Of a stretch of 64,000 nt of DNA, positions 39,501 through 51,500 are shown piece after piece. The notes below the pieces were generated by a model, which saw only the letters and a list, made by a program, of their open reading frames with translations, was not told the DNA's origin and searched no databases. Source of the DNA: Styela clava (lineage: Eukaryota); NCBI RefSeq assembly GCF_964204865.1, contig NC_135250.1:6758001-6822000 (forward strand), read 5' to 3'. Made by a program: the position numbers and the translations under genes. Positions within the stretch are counted from its first letter, which is position 1, and each line of letters starts with the position of its first letter.

Positions 39501-42500
39501 TTGTCGGACTGATATTTTACCGAATAGTGGATCTGTCTGTACGTTTTTAAAAGGTTTATTATTGTGTATCTTTGCTTTGAAATTGGCAAAGCATTGCTTT
39601 TAATTTTGGTGGGCACGTGAAAGAATTTTGTTGGTAAATTTAGCCGATTTTGGCACGCGAGCCGTAAAAGGTTGCCCCCACCTGACCTATATACAGGGTT
39701 GCCATATCGTGCTTATTTCTAAGATTTGTGCTTATTTTCTAGCCCGCGTCTTATAAAGTAACGATGTGCTTATTTCTAAGAGAAGTGCTCATTTTTGAGT
39801 CGCGTGCTTATTTGGTCTTGGAAACGTGGATAACCAGTTCTTGTTTTGCGTACAAAGCTTGCGTGGAAACGAGGGACAAACTTTTTCTGTCAACCGTGGG
39901 GTTTGCGGTATTTCCAGGCAAACTATGACACACACAATAGTTGCTGCTAGTTTTCAGGAATACTGTTTTTAGGGACAAACTGCAATTTAGAGTAAGCGTA
40001 ACTATGAGTTCTGTTTCGAACATGAAAAGAAATTTTCTATTAACTACTGCTAGTGCGACATCGAGAAAGGTGGAAAACAGTAGGTGCCCACAATACTACC
40101 ACAAAACACAAGAAGTATTGCGGGAAACCAAAATATGAAGACTTTAGATCAGAGGTCGGCCACCTGCGGGCCATATCCGGCACGCGGAGTAAAATAATTC
40201 GGCCCACAGTGTTTCACTTAAACCTACGGATCGTTATTATATATGTTATTCTTGTTCTTCATTAATAATTCGTTTTCCCATCGTTATGAAAAAATCGCTT
40301 CTGTTTTCAATTACTTAACGAAAATAAAATTTTCCTCGCGAAGAACTATAAGATTAGTGATAGACATTTAGAAAATGTTCTAATTTTGGTTTTATTTAGG
40401 GTATCACCTAGTGTCGCACTAAATGTTATTTGTAAATATTTTGCATAGTAAGACGACCTGAGTCCACGAGTTGTCGCAGTGTTCGCTCGCTATTTGAAGT
40501 CTGAAATTTGAATTTCTATTCTGTATAAATAATGTGGTTCATCAGCCACCCGTTCAGTTTTTACCTTTCTTGAAAAAATATGTGCGACCCGCCAAGATTC
40601 GTAACACTTGGTTTTGGCCCGGGAGCGACAAAAGATTGCCGACCCTTGCCTTAGAGCAGTGTTTCCCAACCCGAGTCCGCGGTCTCAAATGAGTCCGCAG
40701 AGCCTTTAAATGAGTCCGCAACGAGTCAGAAATTCACTGCGGGCCGCAAACGTTTTTGCGAAACTTAATTAACTATCAGCCAAGTTGGGATTTGCGTTAG
40801 AGTTTACAAAAAAAAACATAAAAAGTCAGTTTATTCACATGACATTAATCGCGTCAATAATTACTGGTTACTGAGTAGGGCTGGGCATATATTCGAATAT
40901 TCAACTATTAGAATAGCACATTTACGAATCGAAAATTTGATAACACGTGACGCGACAGGTCACTTGCGAGTCGCTTAAGCGATTGGATTTCACAACTCAC
41001 TTGTGGATTTCCGACGAAAACAAGAGTCTGTACACGCTTCGATAGATTCGTAATAGGTGTTTCTCGCGAGTTCGAACAACGAGGCATAAATTATTTTTCT
41101 GGTAGGTGTAAATTGTGGCAACCCAAATTTTCTAAATTGAAGAGCGGTCCGCGAGCGATTAAAAACGCTTTTTTAGACATTGCAAATCGCAAAATTTCGG
41201 GTGCTACCATAGTACACGTACCAGGGCATTTTCCTTTAGGATTCTCTGCTTTACTGACTCCACTTTAGTAATGTCGCACAGTAGTAATGTCGAATTCACA
41301 CAGATTTGTCGATTCACAAAGATACGAATCAAAACAAGATATACACTTTACCACGCATTTTTGCGTCCACGGATTGTCATGATATTTTCTGAGTAGTATT
41401 GCTCTCATTTCGTCAACACAACCGTATATAAAAAGAACCACACATGTGGATGGATTGAATATTTTATGCAACAGAAAAAATCATTGAAAAGTCGGCTCTT
41501 TAACGAGTGACGTATACGCGACTTACTTCAGAAGTTGTTCGCGAGAATTTCAAAGTGATGAAAATGTATTTTCGATTTACTAATATATATACTTTAAATA
41601 TATTTTTAATAAATACTAAATTAACTTGGTATATTCTGGAAACTTATAGCAGATAGTATAATTTTTTCTAACAGCGATAACAAATTCACAAGATCGCAAA
41701 AAATATGTATCAAAGCTGAATATAATCAGGCAATATATTCTCTCATTATTATGTTCGCAGATGGCAGTGGAAATTTTTTAAAAAGTGAACTTTTATCTTA
41801 TCGTAAGTCGACGCTACCGCAAGTTACCAAGATGAACACAAATAAATTAAAATAGAAAGACATTTCAAATTCTCGTCGTTGTCATGGATTGAATACTGTG
41901 CGACAGAAAAGTCCATTATATATATATACACCAAAAAAGTCGGCTCTTTTAACGAACGCGTAATTGCGGCGGATTTCCGATTTTGAAATACGTTAAATTT
42001 CTGTTGTGTTTGGTTTTATTGCTTCTTCACACAGAATACGGTTGCAATAAACGCACCTTGAGTCCGCAAAGGTTTTCGCCGGTGAGAAAATAGTCCGCGA
42101 CCAAAAAGGTTGGGAAACGCTGCCTTAGAGATTGCGTGTGACAGTGTCTTTCCATAGCTTTTTGCGATTTTGGAACTGCGTACAACCACGTTTGAAGTGA
42201 CTTCTAATGACAAAAAGTGGGAGACTCGTGTATGATCTCCTTCCTATTCTGCGTTTCTGCCGTTGTTAAGACGCCTCCCCTTGAAAAAAATAACATTTTG
42301 ACGCCCGTGCTTATTTTTGGCACTGGGTAGATGGCAACCCTGCCTATATAGTAACTAAAAAACTACTAACCGGTATCATGATGTCTTTAAACTTTCCCTG
42401 CAAAACAAGGCAAAAATGTTAGATTATTCTCAAAACACTTTAGATTGAAAATTAAAATAAAAAATATTACAAATTTGAACGAAATGTACATTTCCAAATC

Positions 42501-45500
42501 TTCATATAATAAGAAACATCGGAATAGACTCATACTAGAATTAATATGATTCACCATCAAAGTAATTTAAATACCTTTTCAGCCAACCGATGCAAGAGTG
42601 GGAAAACATTCAAGTATGTTTTAATGCTTTTCTTCATTTCTGTGTATGCATCCCAATCCTTTAACTTGTCTGGAAGATTCAAACATTCATCCCAATGCCC
42701 ACGAACCTTTGAAAATATAATATATAAATGGTTGTTTACAGTTGATTCATCAAAGGAGAGATTAAAAATTTTAGGATATGACCATGCAAAATGATATTCA
42801 AAGTATGATTGATGAGTTAAGCTAAAGTAATTTCACAAAACACATTAACTAGAATGAGATTTTGTAGTGTGCAACTGTATTAATATTATTATGATGGCTT
42901 CGCATGTGTTAACCAAGTGAATATACTCCCTGCCCATAGGTTCTAGTCCCTTTACACAACTTGATGTAAAGTAGTAAAAAAATTAGTAACCTCCATATTG
43001 GTACATACACTTTTGGAGCGCCAAATTTTGTGCTCTTTTCACGTTATACACATCTGAATAACATTTCTCAAAGTTGTATTGGGATATCTAACCAGTTCTA
43101 CTTAGAAATTTCAAATCTGATCATTTGTTCACCTCAATATTTGCTGTATGCAAGCCTGCATTTTCCCAGAGTGTATCTCGGAATCTTCTATCAAAAGCAA
43201 TGAACTTTTGAAACAATCCATATAACATCCCAAGAAGTTTGAGTTCTTCTCCAGTTTTGTCAAGTTCAGGAAAAGGTTTCGGAAGAATCCCAAAAAGTCG
43301 CTGGACAGAATCGAGCGTTTTTCTCTTTGCATCATAAAGAGTAAATCTAAACAAGAATACTCAAAATTAGTGCCAAAAGAATCACTAGTTTTAAAAGTAC
43401 ACTTTTGCATTAGCACAGTAGTGGAACACAAAAATTTTTGAAAATAAAATAAAAATGTAGAAATAAATTAGTTGTATTAATTGTAAAAACATGGTACGAA
43501 AGGTAAAAAAGTAAATGATTGCTGACATCAAACGAAATTTAATTTGTAATTTCTTAAGCATGTAGCTTCATGAAAAGAATATATAGAGAGAATCAGATAG
43601 TGAATACAATAAAAGCATCCCAAAAGCAACACATTGAATAAAACAATTCAGAAAAAGCGTATAAGAAATTACAACAGTGGTGTGCAATGCATGCAAAAAT
43701 GTAAATGTGATGTGACATTGGGAAATATGTTCCCAATATTATAATTTCCTCGAAAATTCCTTATCTATTCATCAAAAATGTGCCGTTTAGCATGAACAAT
43801 ATTTCTTGAGTTTAGGAATGTAATTATGAACATTACATATATAACATTCCAAATTTCACTCATTGAAATTTTCCTTATAAATTTTTGATAAAATCCTAGG
43901 GGAGAGACGAATTATGAGATCATTTTAATCATCTGGTGAAACCAGGCCATCTCGTTTGGTTACCAGTCTATGTCGGATATGAGAATTAATGTGCATGTTC
44001 ACACAAAAATTAGCAAGCAACAAAGGTGAATTGATTACAACCACACAAAAGAACATGTTGAATGTGATTCTGCATAAAATAATATAAATATTGTGTGTGT
44101 GTGTGCTAAGCAAAACTCTCAGGCAAACAATATGTGAAATAATAGGTGAGTGCAATAAGTGATTGTGCATGTGACAAATAACACACACAAACACACTTAC
44201 GTTTTGTAATCTGCAAATAAATGTGATATTGTATTAAAATTAAAAAAATATATATATTTATGCCAGTAATTTTACCGTATATCATAAACAAGTTGAAAAA
44301 AAGATAAATTAAGGAATGTCCAAATAATTCAATTTTATTGAATACAAAAATATTTAAATTTGAAAATCCTTAAAATTAGAGTATTTAAAAAAAACATTGA
44401 GCTATGATTATGTGAAGTAAAAAATAATATTGAACTCATTGTACATAGACCTTAGAAAAGTTGGGTTCCCAATCATCACAAGACAGCAATATAAGTTTTA
44501 TCAAGTACATCACTACTCTAGCTTTCGTTCCGCTACCCTATACCCATTTTTTCCACCCAAAGTTTTTGAATGATTTTTCATTAACCCTTTCCGTGCGGTG
44601 GGCACGTATACGTACCAACGACAAAAGTCGCTAGATTGCGGTGGGTACGTTAGTGTACTCCACTGTTTTATTTAGCAATCGGTCGAAACTGTCGGTCTAG
44701 TTTTTCCGGGTTTTAGTTTATTGATAAGAAGTCTTCTTCGAGATTACCATAAGCGACGGTAAATCTCGCTTTCGTTTACGACGGGAATTTTATTTGCGGC
44801 GGAACGAGGGAGTGTTTTTGAAATTTATGCAAATTCCGGTGTTTTTGGGGTGGTAATAGAAGACATATTATCCCTTCCATCTACCAAAGTATTTTGAGTT
44901 AGATCACGAAATTGCTACAGCAATATTATGCTATTGTTTGCAAACCACGAAGCGGTAACAGTAAAGGATTTAGCAATTATTTCTATTTTTTTATAACGGT
45001 TTGAAGTTTCAACTCCCAAGAAAAAAAAATGCCTTTTTTCTATCCGGTTTGTGACTCAGACCACCACTTTTGAAAAAAACTTTTTTTTTATTCGCCAATT
45101 GCAAGCTCTTTAAATAAGCTTTCCAACGAGCCATCAGTGGGCAGCAGAGGATCAATAGTTTTTCGTTAGTCGATCGATTAGTTGTGGGGGTACAAATGCA
45201 TAAAATCGGCGTAGCAAATACGAATATTTACTAAAAAATAAAAATCGCATGGAAAGGGTTAAACATATATTCCATTTTTGGCCGCTTCAAAAGTATGTGT
45301 ACCAATATGGAGTTAACTAATTTTGTTCAGCCACTCCACATCAAGTTGTGTAAAGGGACTGAAACGTATGGGCAGTGGGTATATTTACTTGGCTAACACA
45401 GACAGTTCCCGAACTCGTAATAGAACTAAGAAAGGGAAAATCGGAATAAAATTATGGCCTAATCCTAACTTGGTACACATATTACAGAAGTACCCATTTT

Positions 45501-48500
45501 TTGTCACCTCAGTATCATATCACTGAAAGCAACTTCCCTACCGTCAAAATACTTAAAAAGAATAAAAGAACGACAAGTTCTGAAAATTGTGCAAAGTTCA
45601 AATATACAATTTGTTTTGCATGTTCCTTGTAGTGCATTCCGCTTAAAACAGTATTCATCATACCTGTTCTGAAACTCTTGTAATCTTATTACTGCTTCTG
45701 CTGGGCGAACCCCTGGTATTGCAGGTCCTTGAGCATCAAATGCATTTCTGAATTGAATAACTTCAACAACAAATGTTTTCAATTGTTTATCAAGTTCTTG
45801 TTCAAAGGATGCACGACGTTCTTTCAATAAAGTATGACCAAGTCGATCAGCAAGTTGGACTAATTCACTCCAGTTTTGGCGAAGACTGTCCACCTGACGA
45901 TAAGTAAAATTATGTTTGTTGTACAATTGTATTAGTAACACCTTGGGGGCAGTAAAAACAGTTAATAGGACGTTCAAATCTGCTCGGACTATCAACATTG
46001 ACAAACATTAGGATGAGATTTTTGTATTTATGGCATGGCAGCCGATGAGACAGCTTATTCATATGGCAAACCACTGCCTCTCGTTTGATTCCTGTTCATG
46101 AAAATAATTAACCAGTTATTTGTTTCAGATGCATGAATTTGATGACCTATGACGATAAAGAGCCCCACAATCTTCTTGCACATAATTATCTCCCACAAGA
46201 TTCGAACCTGCCAATCTGCACAGGGTAATCAGAGATGCGATGGATGGTAAGTGAATTCCTAAACTTAGCACGATAAACCAACCACCGAGCCTTCTCAAAC
46301 AGTTATTCATTGATGCATCTTGCCTATATATGCCGACTTTTAATAAGGTTGTTTGACGAAGAATCCAATTTTTCACACACTTGGTGAAGCATGAATGAGA
46401 CTCGGGCCTGATGTCTCTAACCCGCAATGCCAATATAGTTACCGGTAGGTCTGACATGCGAACCACTGGGAGCCAATCACATCCAATCAGCAAAAAAGTA
46501 GTCAGGTATAAACAGAGGCAACTATTACCTGTTGAAGTTCAGATCTTGCCAATCTCAAATCGTATTCTTTCAGTTTTTCATACATTTTTTCAATTGGTAG
46601 ATAGACTCCATCGATTTTGTTTTCCATGTCATGGATTTCATCAATTAGACTTAATGTACCGTTGAGTTGGTCCAGAGTAATAACCTGGAATATTGTGGAA
46701 TTGAATTAAAAAAATGATCAAAACACTCGAAGGATGGTATTCAAGCTTTTCAGCGTCATCACTTCTGTACTAAGTAGATTGCCTGGCTGATGACTGTATT
46801 TCTTTATAAGTAATCAAACGAAGCTCTTGTTCAGATAGGCTCAATTCTATGTTATCCTAAAAAATTGAGAGCATTTTTCCAAAACAGTGTCAAGTGCATT
46901 CACTCAAGAAAAGACGATGACAAAAAGAAGCAAAGTTGGGGGACTGCTTAATTACCATGAGATACTCAATAGAATAAAATTATGATTGTGCAATGAGAAT
47001 TTTAAAAAGCAGATGTTTTGAAATATTCTTAAAGTTTCAACTACATTAAACACAATGATATTAAGTTTAGTTTTATTATGAACGCATTTAAAATAATAAC
47101 TTACAGCGGCAGAAAGTCTGTTCTGAACATTATTCCTGTATTGTACAACAGAATCCAACTTTTTCTTCGCATCTTCATGAAGAACCTGTACAGGTATTTT
47201 ACCATTATGACCAATCTTGGAAAATATGATGTCATAATACTAAAAATATTGGATCCATGAACACCAAACTTATTTTGTTAGTACTTAACATAAAAAATAA
47301 GAATGTCCGGAATGACAAAATGAGAGATTAAAAAGTGATTACAAATGAAATGTTACACAAGTTTTACCATTACTATTGACCAGTAAACAAGCTGAGAGAC
47401 TGTTGTGGTATTGATTAGCAAGGATGGCCAAAACCGAATTATTCATTATTTTGAGTGCATTATGAAATTTAAATATAATTATTTTTTAATAGATTGGAAT
47501 ATTTGATTTATTTTAGAAATCCTCTGGTATACATTTCATTGCTGGAAAACATATGAGAACTCTATTTTAAAATCCATATGTGATCAGATATGCAAATTCT
47601 CTATTCAAAACTTACAAGTGCATATTGGGTTTTCCATGCTGCTGCAAGACCTTGCAGAGCATCCATGATAGGACCAGGACATAATACAATACAACCTGCA
47701 GGTAGGGTAACAGGAATCGAAGATATTTTTTGCTCAATATCAAGGAGATTCTCAACCTGTGAAATGAAAAAATGTACGAGTTAGAAAAGTAAAATCAAAA
47801 ATTTGGTATATCGAATATATCACAATAATTTTGATTGGTATTAAAACCTATGACGTTACTGTTACATGCCTATGCTTCCTGTCAAAAGTCTTTACCTCTT
47901 TTCGTATAGCAGAGATATTTGGACTGGCACACATGAAATCAGAGTAAGCTCGATGCATATCATCTTTCCATAGAAAATTATATTGACTAAGATGTCCAAC
48001 ATATGATCGAATCCTCTTTCTAAGATCTGTAAGAAAAAATTTTCAAAATACTGTGATAACATTGTTAGGAACTACCGACCCGTCCAGGGTGTATTATGTA
48101 CCATATTTAATATTCGTAGCTCAAAACGTGTTTTTGAACCATCAAGAATCTTGAAAATCCACGTTTCCAGCCTCTGGCTAAACCTGTTAGCTGATTCGAT
48201 CTTAATTGGCAATTAGAAATTTCAGGACCTCCCCTCATTTGAAAATTTCTGGCCCTGGACGCCCCTGGACCTGTCCTGTTTTATGGTGACCCGTTAACTA
48301 ATAAATCATTACAAAACAATGACTAACATTTTATGATAAAAAAAAAAATTATTAAAAAACTTCAACAATCGAAGAAAATTTCCTACAGTTACAGCATTGT
48401 TACTACATTGTGTTAATCCATGCTATAAATATATAATTCTTGGTAGAAATTGCTTGAAAATATAAATCAACCAATTAACCTAGTAACTGAATGGCAGTTC

Positions 48501-51500
48501 GATTTTGTTTTTTACTCAATATAAAAATTGTAACACACCTCTTGTAAGTCCAGATAAATTTCTTCTTTGTATTGTAATAGATTCATCAATCAAAATTTGA
48601 CTTTCAAATGTTTCATTTTTATTCACTCCTGCCCACCATGTGATTTCTGAAAAAAGTAAGAAAGAACATCAAGAATATGAATATGATAGTGTCTAAAATT
48701 CACATTGATCCAATGATTAGAAAAAAACCTCTAGGTGTAGAAATGATTTCTTCTACAATTTCATCAACTACTTGTTGTACTTGTGATAATGGTGGATCAA
48801 GTAGAATATCCGGAATACGAAACCTAGATAAAATTATAAAATATTCATTTCTGTATACTTGACAGAAAAAAATCATTGTTAATTGACTCATTCAGTTATG
48901 AGTTGAAACACACAATGATCTATGGTAAGCGAAGGATGATTATATATGGTGGCGGTGACATGACTTGGCGGTGTGGCGCATCGTGCTAATTGTTAGGAAT
49001 ATGATCGTCACCGCATCTCCGATTACCCTGCGTGGGTGCGCCGATTCGAATACCATTTGGGGGTAGTTATGTGTGGGAGTATTGCTAGACTCCTCGCTGT
49101 CGTAGGGTGGTTTACTTAACCGCCGGTTGGTTACGGCTTTCTCCGCCATCAAGTCCATGCTTCTGGAAACGAATAATTGGCTAACTAATCTCATATCCAA
49201 CATGGATTGGAAACCGGATGAGAAGCCGTGGTTTGCCATATGATTAAGCTGCCTAGACGGCTTTTCATCTTCCCTGGGATAAATATATAAATCCTATATA
49301 CATGAAAATCAATGTAAGCGAACAACTGCTTTTTGTTAGCCATACAAGTAAGATGTCACTTTCATTTCCCTCTCTTCTAAACGGATGAAAATTCTACTTT
49401 AAAAATATTCGATAGCAATCTCACAATATTTGAACTTTGATTTTCAATTTGACTTCGTTATCAGCATCAGAGATAAGATTATCAACAATTGATTTCCATG
49501 ATAAGGTTGAAATTGATGATAAGACAGAACTTGGCCTAGTTGCTTCCGTACTAAGAGAACAAATATGGTATGAATATCATACGTCCTTGAAGATCAATAG
49601 ATAATGAGGTGAGAATAGATTTCTTCACTAATTACGTTTCCACATCTCATACTTGTGATCGAGCAATAGACCATGGTTTGCTATTAGTCTTATATACTTT
49701 AATCTCCCTACATCAAAATTAATATCAAATCCTACCTGAGTATATAGAACTTACAATATATATTATAAGTTCTAATATAATATATAGAATAAAGAACTTA
49801 TAATATATATTTTTTATACAACATTTATTCATAATTTTTATTTTGAACAAGGCCTTGATATCTAACAATAGGTAAAAAGCTGATTTTAAAAGATTCAGAA
49901 TATTCCTGGTTCAGCGTTGCCTAATTAATTTGTTAAACCCTTGTTGAGGAGATGGCCATGGGACTTAAACCTGTAATGCCAACACAGCTGCGTCTAATGC
50001 TTCAACTGCTTGGACATTAATCTACAGAAACCAAATTGAATCCTATTGTCTATAACTCCATCAAGCTCTTTGGCACATTACATTCCCCTATTGTTTCAAT
50101 ATTTGTGCTTAAAGTAAAGACTCCTCACCTAGAGCTTCCAGGTCTTGAGATAGCAACCAATTCAGTGCGATGATGAAGTTGTTCGTCATAATTTTCTGAA
50201 GACATATTTAGTCCAACTCCAAATGCTTCACATAAACATGATAACGTGTTACAGATAGATTTGTGGACACTACTATACATCTGCTTGCTGTAGTGACCTT
50301 GGAAGATAAAATGTAATAATAATAAAATAATTAATATTAATATATAATTAAATATAAACAATAATTATTAAAAAAGAAAACTTGTATAAAATGCTAGTTG
50401 AATAACATCAACGTTGTGCTGGCCACCGCATCTCTGATTACCCTGTTGCATGTTTGACTCCCACAGGAGATAGTTATGTGCAAAAGGATTGCTCATTACG
50501 GCTTCCTCCACCAACATCTTGAACAAATACCTATTCCTATACCTGACGCGGACTGGCAACCAGATGGACAATAAGCCGTGATATCGGCTTTCCCCTTAGC
50601 CAGTCAGATATCCTATATAAAATCCTAGCCAGTCAGACATCCTAAACAAAATCCTAGCCAGTCAGACATCCTAAACAAAATCCTAGCCAGTCAGACATCC
50701 TAAACAAAATCCTAGCCAGTCAGACATCCTAATCAAAATCCTAGCCAGTCAGACATCCTAAACAAAAATCCTAGCCAGTCAGACATCCTAAACAAAATCC
50801 TAGTTAGTCAGACATCCTAAACAAAATCCTAGCCAGTCAGACATCCTAAACAAAATCTTAGCCAGTCAGACATCCTAAACAAAATCCTAGCCAGCCAAAC
50901 ATCCTAAACAAAATCCTAGCCAGTCAGACATCCTAAACAAAATCCTAGCCAGTCAGACATCCTAAACAAAATCCTAGCCAGTCAGACATCCTAAACAAAA
51001 TCCTAGCCAGTCAGACATCCTAAACAAAATCCTAGCCAGTCAGACATCCTAAACAAAATCCTAGCCAGTCAGAAATCCTAAACAAAACCCTAGCCAGTCA
51101 GACTTCCTAAACAAAATCCTAGCCAGTCAAACATCCTAAACAAAATCCTAGCCAGTCAGAAATCCTAAACAAAACCCTAGCCAGTCAGACATCCTAAACG
51201 AAACCCTAGCCAGTCAGACATCCTAAACAAAACCCTAGCCAGTCAAACATCCTAAACAAAATCCTAGCCAGTCAGACATCCTAAACAAAATCCTAGCCAG
51301 TCAGACATAAGAAGATTTAGTCATGCAGGAAATGCATGAAATCAAAATCTCTTGATGGTGCATGAGAGAGAAAGAAGATTGGGTAAATCTGGTCCTGGCA
51401 AAAGCTTAATTAATAGACATTACAATTTTCAATAATTCATACTCAAAATTGTTTAGCTAAATAGAGTGACAATACTCTATAACTATATCAGTAGTATAAT

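Larger units (their letters stand above)
39694..42342. mobile_element. hAT-type element hosting two nested hAT elements
   Basis: Perfect TIRs CAGGGTTGCCAT / ATGGCAACCCTG; perfect 8-bp TSD CCTATATA (39686-39693, 42343-42350). Confidence 0.85.

Noticed and set aside
50595-51307. CRISPR-like array
   Set aside because: Units are head-to-tail with no unique spacers; eukaryotic intron; no cas genes.
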